A stretch of 64,000 nt of DNA. Origin: Octopus vulgaris (Eukaryota). The translations under genes were made by a program, and so were the position numbers. Under the pieces are notes generated by a model. It worked only from the letters and a program-made list of their open reading frames with translations. It was not told where the DNA came from and did no database searches. Location: positions 51,088,001 to 51,152,000 of the forward strand of contig OX597818.1 of the NCBI GenBank assembly GCA_951406725.2, given 5' to 3'. Shown piece after piece: positions 49,806-64,000 of this stretch; within the stretch, counting starts at the first letter, position 1, and each line of letters starts with the position of its first letter.

Positions 49806-51143
49806 ATCTTTGCTATTAGCTGAGTTTGGTGCGTCTTTGATATAAAATTTGTAAGGAACGGCATAACCTTGTTCATCTACATACACCTCTACATTGTTCA
49901 GTGCATCTAAATCATCACGAGATCTGCCAAACTTCGATGTTTCTAAATAGATTGCATTATTACAATTAGACTTATTGTCAGGATGTATACTTTCCACACT
50001 TAAACATCTCCTCAGGTTAAAACTAGATTTTGAATTGTTTTCATCTGATATCACAGAATTTTTAACAACTGAGGGCTTTGAGTTACTGTTGACAGTTTTT
50101 AAAGAATTCCCTCAATCCCTTATCTTTTTCTTTATCTGATAATGGAGATTTAGGGGCAGGTGGCCGAGGTAGGGATGGACGGGGCGGCCTTTTGTGAGCA
50201 TTTTCAGTTTTTGGTTTAGATATTTTATTAGGAGTTGTCATCTCATATATCTCATTTTCTTTAAAGACAACAGATTCCCTATTTTTTTTTAAATAAATCA
50301 TGTTTATAAGTCCGAGGTGGTTTTTTAGGTGGCGTACCAGTTGGAAGATTAAATGGTTTTGGCGGAATTTTAGGAATTTTGCTTTCTGTATTTTCTTTAT
50401 CCATCATGTCAACCTGAGATTTGGTATCACTGCATAATGGTGAGGTGTTTGCTGTAGTATCTTTTCTATTGGAATCTCTTACCGATGAGTGCCTAGTCAC
50501 TTTTTTATGTTGAAGACCGTCCCGACCGTATAAAGCGGTGTTAGGCCTAGCTGCAATTTCAGGTTTTTTAGGTGTTTGGAAACTTTTAGATTTGTTCAAA
50601 ACTTCGTTAGAACGATTTATGTCCTCACATCCATAATTTGCAAAACCGTCAGATTTTCTTTCTTTTTCATACGAGTTACTACGTTGACTGGTAATACAAT
50701 CAGAGAACCCTCTCTTGTGATTTGGTACAAACGGTCGAATTTGACAGTTACCGTTATTACTCTCTGAGTTAGCAATTTCCGTTTGTGCTACCTCATTGCT
50801 TTCATTCTTTATAAGTGAATCTCGCTTGACACGTGGAATGACAACAGGAGGAGTAGGCTTTTCTTCAAGATCAACTTTTTTAACTTTGACTGTAGGTTTT
50901 GGTGGGATCACTGCTGATGACCTTGGTGCTGGTTTAGGAATAGGGGCAGTATTGTGAAAGACACTGTCGTTTGAACTATTGTCATTTTCCACCTGTGAAG
51001 TGAGTTTAGCTTGTTCAAACTTTAGTCTAATGTCATTAAACCTTCCAGGTGGGAGATTCTGCACTTCTTGTTGACTTTCATCGTCCATCATTTCTTTTGT
51101 TTGAGAATATCCATCAAGATTTATATTTCCAGCAAATAATTTT
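49806..51143 (-). CDS. Large proline-rich disordered exon, tentatively DENND2/ST5-like N-terminal region; two frameshifts
   Basis: Acceptor ttttgtttcag at 51144-51145, donor GAT|gtaagt at 49805; three consecutive ORFs (270, 72, 133 aa) join into one frame after two 1-nt corrections; motifs PPKKPPRTYKHD, ENEIYE, GYAVP. Exon is well supported; family identity is recalled similarity only. Confidence 0.65.
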
Positions 51144-52639
51144 CTGAAACAAAAACAAAAAAATATAGTTATATAAAACTGGATTTAACCATGTGCAATT
51201 TTACACCATTTAAATGAAAGGCATTAATTATTTACCACATTTCATGACAAATAAGAGGCATTCCCCACCCCCAAATAATATCATCATCATCGTTTAACAT
51301 CCGTTTTCCATGCTAGCATGGGTTGGACGGTTTGACCGGGGTCTGGGAAGCCAGGAGGCTGCGCCAGGCTCCAGTCTGATCTGGCAGTGTTTCTAGAGCT
51401 GGATGCCCTTCCTAACACCAACCACTCCTTAAAAAAAATCACCCTAGATCCGATTGCAGAGTTAGGCCAGTATTACATGATTTAATTCACTACAAACATT
51501 TCTTTTTGAATATGCGCTGCTGGAATTAGAGTGCATCTAATATGTCCATGCATCTTTTATGCAACAGAATATCATATATATTCAGGTTACACATGCTTTA
51601 GTTTGTTTTTACCCCAATTCAACAATTAATAGGTATATAGACTGTCAATTCTTCATACATGTGTTCATTCTAATGCTAGGTGTGAGCATAAACTGAAAAC
51701 CTGGACAGTTACTTCTTTTCACTTAGCAATAGAAATCTAATACATTACTTCTACAAATGAATTATCTAGTTAAGAACAATTCATAAGTAAGCTCGTGAAA
51801 GCTGACATACATTTATAACACGTACATAAACATACACTGTATGTAAATACATAGAAGATGTATATTCATTCATTTGTTTGTTTAATGGCTCTTTTACTTG
51901 TTTCAGTCATTTGACTGAGGCCATGCTGGAGCATCGCCTTTAGTCGAGCAAATCGAGCCCAGGACTTATTCTTTGTAAGCCTAGTACTTATTCTATCGGT
52001 CTCTTTTCCCAAACTGCTAAGTTACGAGGACGTAAACACACCAGCATCGGTTGTCAAGCGATTTTGGAGGGACAAACACAGACACACAAACATATACACA
52101 CACATACATATATATATATATATATTTATATATACATATATACGACGAGCTTCTTTCGGTTTCTGTCTACCAAATCCACTCACAAGGGTTTGGTCATCCC
52201 GAGGCTATAGTAGAAGACACTTGCCCAAGGTGCCACACAGTGGAACTGAACCTGCAAGCTACTTACCACACAGCCACTCCTACGCCTGTTTTTTTTTCCA
52301 TGCATAGGTTGAACAGGGATATATTTGAAGCAGTGTCTGGATGTCACACTAACTTCTACATTTTATAAGGGATTTCTTATTCCACAGGTCTTCAAAAGTA
52401 CAGAATAAGGGATCATATTTGCTGAATCTGTAGAAAGAGTGTTCGTGACACTTGCATGGCCTCTAATAATGGCAAGTTTCATGCAGTCAGTGTTTCATTA
52501 AATTGCTACAGAAGAAAGACACGAGAAAGGAGATCCTTGAGGACTGATACTCTGAGGAGGAAAAACTAAACATGGTGGTTAGTGCCAAGCAGGATGAGGT
52601 TGGATGCAACAAGGGTGATAAGAGGTGGAGAGATGGGTG

Positions 52640-53500
52640 GGTCAGGAGCCTGGGTGATGGAGGATGTTAGATATCAAATGACTCTCCTAAGGGAAAAGAA
52701 AATAGATGTTTAAATACGTGTTTTTTCCAAAACTTCATAAGTTTAAATTTTCTCTCAGTAAGCAAATTTGTTTTAGACCGGACTAAAGTTTTATCCATTG
52801 GTAACTTGGAAACTTGTGAATTTTTTATTTTGTTGTTTTTGGTGATATTTGTCATGTCATTTACGTACACTATGAAGAGGACACCTCTGGTGACTGTTGC
52901 TGGGGTTTTGTGGGTTCAGCATGTTAAACCCAAAGCATGCTGAGTTCTGCTTACCTGCAAATACTTAATCTAGTGTTATAACCTGTAAGAGAGTTTTAAC
53001 AGTAGAATGTTAAAAGTTGTGTCTGTGTGTCAAAGGCTTTGCTGAAGTCAAGATTTGAAACATCTGTATTTCATCATTCTCCTAAAACTTTTGGAATGTC
53101 ATCAAAGCAAACGTAGAAAGCTTTTTTAAGCAGTCTTTGCTACAATGAAAACCATGCCAATTGAAATTTAGGAGATTGTTACCCTCCAGGAAGTTAGTTG
53201 TTCTTGACCTTACCAACCTATCAAATTTTTGATAATGAGAGATAAATGAGAGCAGGCGGTATAAATTATTTCCTTGTTGAAAAATAAGATAAAAAATTAG
53301 GATAGGAAACGTTTGGATACACAGCCAGCATCTAACAATTTTCTCCAGAGATTAGCTAGATGAGATGCAAGTTAGTGGTGGTATTCCATCTGGGTGCTAG
53401 CAGGGAATCTATTGGGAAGGCTACTGAAGAGTGATATTTAATTTCATTTATTGCTGTAAATACAACCATGATGTTGAAAGATATGTTGAAAATCTGTAGG
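52640..53500 (-). mobile_element. Degenerate CR1/L2-like LINE RT fragment
   Basis: Minus strand LDFSKAFDT (~53025-53052) and LFIVYVNDM (~52855-52882). Confidence 0.6.
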
Positions 53501-53931
53501 GAGTTGGATTCATTGATACTACCAAAGTTAAGATCAGTGGGATCACTAAAGTACATATATGTATATATAAATATATATATATATATGTGTGTGTATATGT
53601 TTGTGTGTCTGTGTTTGTCCCTCCAAAATCGCTTGACAACCGATGCTGGTGTGTTTACGTCCCCGTCACTTTGCGGTTCGGCAAAAGAGACCGATAGAAT
53701 AAGTACTGGGCTTACAAAGAATAAGTCCTGGGGTTGATTTGCTCGACTAAAGGCGGTGCTCCAGCATGGCCGCAGTCAAATGACTGAAACAAGTAAAAGA
53801 GTAAAAGAGTATGGCGTTATGTCTCCTAAACACGTCCATTACATTGACCAGATGCAGTGTCACCAGAAGAAACATTTTTTAATTAATTTTACTTGCATCT
53901 AATGAGTCCTCATTACCCCCAAGAATTCTAT

Positions 53932-54535
53932 AAGGCGGCGAACTGGCAGAAACATTAGCACGCCGGGCGAAAATGCTTTGCGGTATTTCGTCTGCCGTTA
54001 CGTTCTGAGTTCAAATTTCGCCGAGGTCGACTTTGCCTTTCATCCTTTTGGGGTCGTTTAAATAAGTACCAGTTACGCACTGGGTCGATATAATCGACTT
54101 AATCCGTTTGTCTGTCCTTGTTTGCCCTCTCTGTGTTTAGCCCCTTGTGGGTAGTAAAGAATTAGGTATTCCGTCTGCCGCTACGTTCTGAAATCAAATT
54201 CCGCCGAGGTCGACTTTGCTCTTCATCCTTTCGAGGTCGATAAAATAAGTACCAGTTACGCACTGGGGTCGATGTAATCGACTTAATCTCTTTGTCTGTC
54301 CTTGTTTGTCCCCTCTATGTTTAGCCCCTTGTGGGTAGTAAAGAAATAGGTATTTCGTCTGCGGCTACGCTCTGAGTTCAAATTCCGCCGAGGTCGACTT
54401 TGCCTCTCATCCTTTCGGGGTCGATTAAATAAGTACCAGTTACGCACTGGGTCGATATAATCGACTTAATACGTTTGTCTGTCCTTGTTTGTCCCCTCTA
54501 TGTTTAGCCCCTTGTGGGCAGTAAAGAAATAAGAA
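53932..54535 (+). mobile_element. SINE family B trimer
   Basis: One head plus three tandem bodies, same junctions as 18360-19165. Confidence 0.85.
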
Positions 54536-54998
54536 ATTAGAATTCCGTTTTTGTCCCAGTTGTGTAATTTAGTCCGGTTTGCCGACCCCTGTAGTAAAAG
54601 TATATAAAAACGTGTAGAAATATATAGATCTATTCAGACAAGCCATTTATAGATATGCCTGTAGTTTAAAACTACATGTATACGTATACAAATATATATA
54701 CAAATAAATATGAATATACGCTTGAAATTATTTTTTTTTAATATAATATATACCTGAAAATTTGTTTAACATCTGTATTCGCCCGTAAGTAAAGGCATTC
54801 GAGCGAAATGCAAGTGAAAGAAAAAAACAGAGAAAAACGAAAAAATATGAGTAAAACAAAAACAAATGCATGGAAGTAGAATATACAGACGGGAGAGGAA
54901 GAAGGAGAGGAGAGTTTTACTACGTGGTGAGAGAAGCATACTTACGAGACGATGTCATTTATAAACACACACATTCACACATACTTATATGCATATAT

Positions 54999-55080
<82 letters not shown>

Positions 55081-55081
55081 T

Positions 55082-55483
55082 CTCTTTTACTTGTTTCAGT
55101 CATTTGATTGCGGCCATGCTGGAGCACCGCCTTTTTTAGTCGAGCAAATCGACCCCGGGACTTATTCTTTTTTGTAAGCCCAGTACTTATTCTATCGGTC
55201 TCTTTTGCCGAACCGCTAAGTTACGGGGACGTAAACACACCAGCATCGGTTGTCAAGCAATGCTAGAGGGACAAACACAGACACACAAACACACACACAC
55301 ATATATATATATACATATATACGACAGGCTTCTTTCAGTTTCCGTCTACCAAATCCACTCACAAGCATTGGTCGGCCCGGGGCTATAGCAGAAGACACTT
55401 GCCCAAGATGCCACGCAGTGGGACTGAACCCGAAACCATGTGGTTGGTTAGCAAGCTACTTACCACACAGCCACTCCTGCGTC
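55082..55483 (-). mobile_element. SINE family A, full length
   Basis: Reverse complement of 2274-2729. Confidence 0.85.
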
Positions 55484-56034
55484 TATATATGTATATATAT
55501 AATCATATCAAAGGGAAATGGAATTTAAGTAAAGTTAAAAACATTCAATCAAAATTTACATTTCCAGTGGTCCAACGCGTAAAAAAATTTTAGTCAAAAA
55601 GACTACATATTAGTCATACGATATAGTGTATATTAAAATACATAGAGAATCCAACGCGCTAGAAAGAACAGTTAAGTTCTATAACCACAAAAAATTGGGG
55701 ATCAGATTCGACAGGAATAAATTTGGACATTAAAAACATTTACCGTCTAGATTCCTGGACCAATTGGTTTCTAATCTTCTTTTAGCAAGTCATACAGAGC
55801 TCACAAGGTCTGATTTTCGTCAGCAGGAACCAACCTTGGTTGGTTCCTGTGAGCTCTGTATGACTCGCTAAAAGAAGATTGACAACTGATGTTAGGTGTG
55901 GGGAAAAACACAGACAGGCTTTGATTTTTGTCCAAAGAGAACTGCTCTCCTTACTAAACAGGCTTGGTAGGATTGCAGCTGGTAATGTGCAACCAATTAC
56001 AACCTGTCGCTGGGTCGGGCCGTCAGCGACTAGA

Positions 56035-56420
56035 CATATATACATACTTATATGCATGCATGAATACATACATACATACATACATACATACATACATACA
56101 TACATACATACATACACACACGTATGCGTACATACATACATACATATATGCATGTATACATACATGCATATATATACATATATACACACACATACACACA
56201 CAAATACAAATACACATGTGTACATACATACATACATACATACATGCATACATACATACACACACATACATACATACATACAAACATACATACATACATA
56301 CATGCATACATACATACATGCATGCATGCATACATACATGCATACATACATACATGCATGCATGCATACATACATACATACATACATACATAGACGTAAG
56401 CATGTGTATGTGTGTGTGTG
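56035..56420. repeat. (CATA)/(CATG) compound microsatellite
   Basis: Directly visible. Confidence 0.9.
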
Positions 56421-57394
56421 CGTGCGTCCACGTATAAGGGGAGTCTTTAAGGTACACGTATGTTCATGGTGGGTCTTTCAGACTTGCTCTTTGCCATAGA
56501 GCCAGCCACTCACGCCAGCTTCCAGTATTATAGGCAGGTAGGAACTCTGATGCAAGACAACCGAAACACCCTGAATGCTATCTCTCTATATATAAAGCTG
56601 AAGTTGTCTGTGTATGGCAGGTTTGGTTTCTATTCAACTAACACTATCTCCTCCGAGACCCTACGGCGCAACTTGACCAAAATTGAAAGTATCATAGAAG
56701 AAGGCTTGTTCTTCCTTCCGTAGAAGAAAAAATTCAAATCGGACCATGTTAACACCAAAAATTATTTACATCAAAAGGTGCTTTTTTTCTATGAAAATCC
56801 CTATTTTTTACGATTTTTTTTACTGCTGTGTCGACATTTTTCGGTGTATTTCAACCAGAAAAATGTTCACTTAAAGAGAATAACAAGATACATAATGCAA
56901 AAATTTTACTTTTCAAAAATTCCAATTCTAAAGGTTCGAAACAAACCCGAGCAACGCCGGGCGATACTGCTAGTATATAAATAAGCTAAAGAAAATAACA
57001 TGCAGGTCAATGCTGAAAAATTCCAAGCACTCTGCTATGGGCCCACGAACAGAATGCAATCAGAATGCACAGGACCAATGGATATTGCAATCCCGGAGTT
57101 ACAATCAGTGCATGACCTGGGAATTCACATGGATAATGATGCATCATTTTGTGTGCATATTATTAAGATGGCAACATAAGGCGAAAATTGGTGGAATCGT
57201 TAGCACGTCTAACAAAATGCTTAGCGGCATTTTTTCCGGCTTTTTACGTTCTGAGTTCAAATTCTGCAGAGGTTGACTTTGCTTTTTTCATCTGTTCCAG
57301 TCTTGTGCCAAATTTAGAAAGGGTTATTACGATGGTAACAATGTACGGGCGATTAGCCGGCTGGATTCTGAAATTATTCAGAACAAGAAAAGAC

Positions 57395-57506
57395 TGGGTT
57401 CGCTCCCACTGCGTGGCACCTTGGGCAAGCGTCTTCTACTATAGCCTCGGGCCGACCAAAGCCTTGTGAGTGGATTTGGTAGATGGAAACTGAAAGAAGC
57501 CCGTCG

Positions 57507-57572
<66 letters not shown>

Positions 57573-57770
57573 TGTGTCTGTGTTCGTCCCCTCAACATCG
57601 CTTGACAACCGATGCTGGTGTGTTTACGTCCCCGTAACCCAGCGGTTCGGCAAAAGAGACCGATAGAATAAGTACTCGGCTTGCAAAGAATAAGTCCTGG
57701 GGTCGATTTACTCGACTAAATGCGATGCTCCAGCATGGCCACAGTCAAAGGACTGAAACAAGTAAAAGAG
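57395..57770 (+). mobile_element. SINE family A (5'-truncated) next to a CR1-like fragment
   Basis: Matches 2330-2729; upstream 57000-57170 reads MQVNAEKFQAL...DLGIHMD. Confidence 0.75.
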
Positions 57771-59539
57771 TATATTAATTGCTTTCACGAAACATTACTG
57801 TAGGATACACGAATAAGTGTTCTACAAATAAACCTCACTTTTTAGTAATGTCTGCTGGTGTACATTTGAAAGATTCATTTGACTTTTAATTATTCCCAAA
57901 CATCTACTTTGGTCTTGTCTCCATTATATCAAAACAACATAGAATGGACTGAGATATTCTACTATTTCTACAATCCGATATTAATTTAATCTATTTAATT
58001 GACGTTACAACAATAATGATACTTTAATGATATTTCACGCATTATTATTTTTCCTCTCAATTCCCTGTAGATCATTGTGAAAAGCGGATATGTTAATATT
58101 ACGTGGATTGTAACTGATTGACCATTGGGAGTCGTATCGAAATTGTAACTCATCAACACATTTTAGTATTATTGGGTTATTTAGGAGTGTCTGTAATTTC
58201 AACATATGAAGCAATCCTATGATAGAGAAAAGGAAGGAAGTTGTTATGTTAGCAGACAAAAGAATAATTGTGAAAAGTCATTATTATTTCAGCACCTTAG
58301 GAATACTAGAATTTGTGATAAATGACACAACAGCTTCTGTTTCTAGGCTAAAGACTTGTGCGCTGTAGGTGCTGCAGCATTCAGTTTTTGAATGCAGAAG
58401 TCGATGTCTTATCAGGCACTGAAGCAGTTCTATAGATATTTTGGTGCTTCCTACTGCCAAACCAGGGCTCTCAGGTGTTACCCACCGATGTAGAGACACA
58501 ACTCTTGCACGACAGCACGAGGTTTTTGTCGCGACTCCGGGCCAGATAAGTTAAGTTAAGTTAATTTTTTGGCTCAAAAAGCAAAAAGCAAAAAGCAAAA
58601 AGCAAGGCCATGTAGGGGAACATGGAGTTATGTACAGGGAGGGTGTTCATGCAAAGAGTTCAGGCCATTTCTGGTCAAGAGAGACTTTGAACCGAGCGGT
58701 CGTCGGCATCTTCACTATCTCGTCCGGCAGCTTATTCCACGGATCCGCAACCCGGACGGAGAAAGCCCCTCTCCTTCGATTGAGATGAAATCGTCGCAGA
58801 TAGAGCTTTTCGGAGTGACCCCGTAGCCGACGCTCCGGAGCAGGAGTGAAGAACAGCTCTTTCGAGAGGTTACACTTTCCGCTTATGATGTTGTGAGCAA
58901 GAATGAGATCACCACGGCGTCGTCGTTTTTTCTAGAGAATAAAGGTCGAGCGTCTTCAGCCTTTCTTCATAAGACAAATGCTTGAGACCAAGAACCATGC
59001 GAGTAGCCAGCTTCTGGACTCTGCTTCTGGACAGATGTTTCCATCATCCTCACTGGTCATTCATGCTTCACCACTCGTTCTCACTCTTGAGCCAAATGTA
59101 ATTGCTCGCTTTCTTTCTCGGCGTCTTCCGACATTTTTCTGGCGACATTTATTTCTTTCTATCGCTGCTTGTCCAAGACTCCTGAGCACCGAGTGTATCC
59201 TAGTTCCACGAATTCTCTCCAGAAGAAAGCATCTTGCCTTCTATTCATTATTTTCGCGAAGTTCGATCATCTCACAGGAAAGCGTGTGTGTGTATATGCG
59301 TGTGTTTTACGCATAACCTTACACAAGAACAATCAAACATTGACTGAAAAGAGTTCAATACTTTAAATAAAATATAAAGCGTATTTGTATCAAGAAACGT
59401 GGCTGTTCTTCATGGAAAGTGGATTCGGTGATTTTGGCGTTGATCTAATCTTTTTTCTTGTCTACTGACAACGTTTAGAAAGTGCTCCACCTTATAAATC
59501 TCTTACTACATTAATGAGTTACACATAACTGTATGTATG

Positions 59540-59624
<85 letters not shown>

Positions 59625-60010
59625 GTATATACACATACATATACACACACACACACACACAGTTATGTGTAATACATTAATGTAGAAAGAAATTTATAAG
59701 GTGGAGCACTTTCTAAACGTTGTCAGTAGATAAGAAAAAGATTATATACATATGTATGTATGTATGTATATAATGTTCATATGCGTGTGAGTGTGTATGT
59801 TTGGGTAAGTAGGTACGTATATTTATATATACCATAAATATATATATAGTATATTTATATATACTATGTGTGTATATATATATATATACATGTGTGTTTA
59901 TATATATATATATGTATATATGTATACATATATAGGTATACATATATATATATATACATATATATATTTACATATATATATACATATATATTTACATATA
60001 TATATACATC

Positions 60011-60062
<52 letters not shown>

Positions 60063-60068
60063 AAATAA

Positions 60069-60965
60069 CTAGCAGTATCGCCCGGCGTTGCTCGGGTTTG
60101 TAAGGGAAATAACTATATAAGCATTTTTAGAGAGTTATAGCAAAAAATTATCAAAAAATGCATTAAAAATGGAATAAAAAATTATGGTAATTTTTTTTTT
60201 AATCGTTGACTCATCGTAGACATTTTTAGAGAGTTACTTCCCTTATATAATAGCGAAAAAATGCATTAAAATGGAAAAAATGATGGTAATTTTTTTTTTA
60301 ATCGTAGACTCATCGTAGACTCATCGTAGACGCGCGCTAATACCCAGAAGGGCTCGATATGAATCACGACTATAAGATACCCGGTTTTGGTTAAACTGCA
60401 CCGCAAAATGTGGGAGTAGTTAGGAATCTAAATCATAGGAGACAGACACACAACCTTACTTTTATATATAAAGATTTGTGCAACAACTAAAACATTCGGT
60501 TGTGCAAATTGTTTGCACAAGAAACCTGCCCTGTGTGGCGGTTTTTGCCGTTTTTGTGGATCTGTTTCAGCTTTTTTAGCGATTTCTGTTTTGGCGACTT
60601 CAAGCCATGAAGTCGTTGTTCTAAAAGAACGCTGGTCTCCTTGACAACGCTTTACGACGTTGATTTCCCTACCCTGCCTTCCCCACAGCTTCACGAGGGA
60701 GGGAAGAAGGGGAGGAGCTACACAGGTGCAGGTGCGAGCATGAACGCCAACGCCGCCACCGACACACGAAAAAATTGGAAGAACCCAGACGACAGCTTCA
60801 GCCACCACCACCACCACCACCACGACCAACACCATCACCACTACCACCATGACCACCACCACCACTACGCCCATGACCATCACCACCACCATCACGAAGA
60901 CCACCACGACCACCACGACCACCACCATCATCACCACGACCACCACCACCACCACCACCACCACC

Positions 60966-60997
<32 letters not shown>

Positions 60998-61715
60998 CAA
61001 CCACCACCACCACCGACCACCATCACCACTACCAGCACCACCGCCACCACCGCTGCCACTACCACCGCCTCCACCACCACCATACTATGCCTCTGCTCTC
61101 TCCTTTTGGCTACTAAATCCATTACCATATTTCACAAGTACCATCGCCATACAATATTGCCTTCAAAAGTTTGTGTTTGGATAATATTTTTTAAGTAAAA
61201 GTTGTGCAACAACTATAACATTCGGTTGTGCAAATTATTTGCACAGGAAACCTTCCCTGTGTGGCGTGTTTCCCGATTTTGTAGAATTTGCTTTCGGGCT
61301 TTCTTAGCCATTTCTGTTTTGGTGTCTCCAAGCCATGAAGTCGTTGTTCTAAAAGAACGCTAGTCTCCTTGACAACGCTTTACGACGTTGATTTCCTTAC
61401 ACTCCCTTCCCCACAGCTTCACGAGGGAGGGAAGAAGGGGGAGAAGCAACACAGGTGCAGGTGTGACCATGGACGCCAACTCCGCCGCCATCGACACACG
61501 AAAAAATATGCGTTAAAATGGAAAAAATGATGTTAAATTATTTTTAAAATCGTAGACTCATCGTAGACGCGCGCTAATACCCAGACGGGCTCGATATGAA
61601 TCACGACTATAAGATACCCGAATTTGGTTAAACTGCACCGCAAAATGTGGGAGTAGTTAGGAATCTAAATCGTAGCAGACAGACACTCACACAACTTCAC
61701 TTTTATATATATAGA
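60069..61715 (+). mobile_element. HINE-like composite with a ~310-bp internal direct duplication around (CAC)n
   Basis: 60475-60785 similar to 61201-61520; duplicated 3' ends 60300-60475 and 61545-61715; (CAC)n repeat at 60802-61082. Confidence 0.6.
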
Positions 61716-62008
61716 TATGTTACAATTACTCAATAGTCAAGATAAAACTCTGAGTTTCAGATGCCGAAGTGGAAATCCACAACACCATCTCTTCGGTTAT
61801 CTGGCCATCTGAAAAACGCTATGAAAAAATACCGTTATATAAAGGGAAATTACTGTGTTATAATTCTGCTACTTATATAAATTAAGATTAAAACTCAGAG
61901 TTTTATCTTGACTATTGGGTAATTGTAACATATTATTTTATAGATAAGTTTCCTCTATTTACATAATATTGAGGTCTCTTTCTTTCTTTCGTTATCTTAC
62001 CGCTTTTA

Positions 62009-62060
<52 letters not shown>

Positions 62061-64000
62061 CATATATATATATATACACATACATATATACACATACACA
62101 CACACACATATATATATATATATACACACATACATACATATACATCTATGTATGTTTGCGTGCGTGTAGAAAGAGAGAATGAGAGAGCGCTGAGTCTATG
62201 AAGATTATAAGAGAAAGAAGACAAAGGACAGAAGAAACTCCTCCAGTCACAAACATAATGGATGCATTTCCTGTTATATACTACGCGAACCTGAAACGTA
62301 TCTATTGAATGGTTTCAAAATATCACTATTTCGGTAAGTACCGTGCATCATAGTTCTATGTAGGTGCCATCATCATCATAGAAGCGGTATCCTTTATTTC
62401 CAATCTTCTGAGAGATATCTGGTCATGAGGCAATATTTCCTTACTTAGAAATAGGTGAGGACTGACGACAGGAAGGGCGTCCATCTTTAAAAAAATCCGC
62501 CTCAACAATTTCTGTCTCATCCATACGAGCATGAAAAAGCAGACGTTAAAATGATCGTGCAGACGATGATCTACAATTCTGCTGGAAGGCAAGTCTTGCC
62601 TTTTATATCCATAGAGTTAACAATCTTACTATAATTGGCGTTAAGTCCGTCCGTCCGTCCGTCTGCCCGTCTTTCCGCCTGTCTGTCTTTTCCCTCTTCA
62701 CGATCAAACGGCTGAACCAATGGTCCCGATGTTTTTTGGAATTACGAAGGAAGCAATCAGGAAGGGTTTTAGCGAAAAAAATGTGAAAAAGTATAATTAT
62801 TTAATGGATATTGAGTTTTGTATTAATAAGTCACCTTTGATTTTTATGTTAAAATTCTGGCGACGAGGATTAAGTCTAGATTTTCTCCCACCCCCACCAT
62901 CCGTATAGTTCGTGAATTTAAAAGGTTTAGATTTGCGATACTATCCCTTTATCTCCCACCGTAGATGGGCAGATTTGCCATCTTACCATAATGGGCGTTA
63001 TGTCCGTCTGTCCGTCACTTTGTCTGTTATCTCTTCACTCCAGACGGCTGGACCAATGGTTACGATATTTTTCGGGGTTACAAAGACGGTCGTCAGGAAA
63101 GTTTTTAGCATTAAAAAATCAGAAAGTATGATAATTTCGTGAATATCGATTTTTGAATTGATAAACCACCTTCGCATTTTTATTAAAAATTCATCGATCG
63201 CGAGTAACTCTGGATTTTGATCGTATAGTTTCTTGGCCCCATCGTAGATACGAAGGGGTCGCGAGGATGGTTAATAGCGAAAATAAAATGGAAAAAGTGT
63301 GTGTCAGTATACAGTATTATTGAAGTGGTTGAAATGAGTAGCCGTATTTCGTCTGCCGTTACGTTCTGAGTTCAAATTGCGCCGAGGTTGACTTTGCCTT
63401 TCATCCTTTCGGGGTCGATAAATAAAGTACCAGTTACGCACTGGGGTCGATGTAATTGACTTGATCCCTTTGTCTGTCCTTGTTTGTCCCCTCTATGTTT
63501 AGCCCCTTGTGGGCAATAAAGAAATATATTGAAGCGTATATAGCGTTATTTAGTGGTTATTGAAGTGTATCAGTCTCGAGCAGGATTCGGAACGGCCAGT
63601 CGAAGCGGCTGTTGTTTACATCTCAGTTTTGTCAATCAAAATAATCCATGGTACCAGAACATTCAGACATTATTCGCATAGAACAGTGAGAGGGAAGCCT
63701 AAGTCTGATTTTTTGCAACCCTTAAAATTCCGCTCGCGCATTCACAGCAAACAAGGCATAGAGCCAGACTTCAGACCGTGTAGGTGTATTTTTACCCACT
63801 CCGATGTTTACACACGGTCAGCTATACATCACTGTGAGTGGCGCAACGGACTCCAGTAATTTGAAAATTAGTGTCGACCAAACAGAAAATATCGTCAACA
63901 AAGAAGTTTTGTAATCATATTGATGTTATCGAAAGGAATATGATTCATAATTTAAATAAGGAAATTTGTGGACTTTGAATGTATAGGAGAATAAACAAGC

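Noticed and set aside
54754-54950. Possible upstream exon(s) of the minus-strand gene (donor-like sites near 54753 and 54945)
   Set aside because: Donor motifs alone are insufficient without transcript evidence
60428-61198. His-rich 185-aa ORF and its antisense ORFs
   Set aside because: (CAC)n microsatellite inside a duplicated transposon segment

Overview
Eukaryotic, AT-rich, microsatellite- and SINE-dense genomic DNA. The repeat landscape looks like a coleoid cephalopod, probably Octopus (inference). Genes: (1) the last five coding exons of a Na+/Ca2+ exchanger (SLC8/NCX family) on + (3756-3985, 11260-11365, 16015-16193, 17934-18263, 21142-21390). All four introns are GT-AG and phase-consistent, and two of these exons are absent from the ORF track. 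(2) One ~1.34-kb proline-rich exon on - (49806-51143, tentatively DENND2/ST5-like) interrupted by two single-base frameshifts. The rest is repeats: two tRNA-type SINE families, Tc1/mariner-pogo and hAT MITEs, a mariner relic, RTE/CR1/R4-like LINE relics, Penelope-like relics and Helitron/Helentron-like elements. Most notable: a set of minimal type I hammerhead ribozyme motifs, including an intact one inside a 401-nt terminally redundant retrozyme-like unit in an NCX intron and one ~500 nt after the NCX stop codon; a 9.2-kb CpG-rich two-component (22-mer + 10-mer) higher-order satellite; a TIR element flanked by a 61-bp direct duplication; and an RTE insertion with a twin-priming-type 5' inversion. 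All alignments and folds were done by eye.
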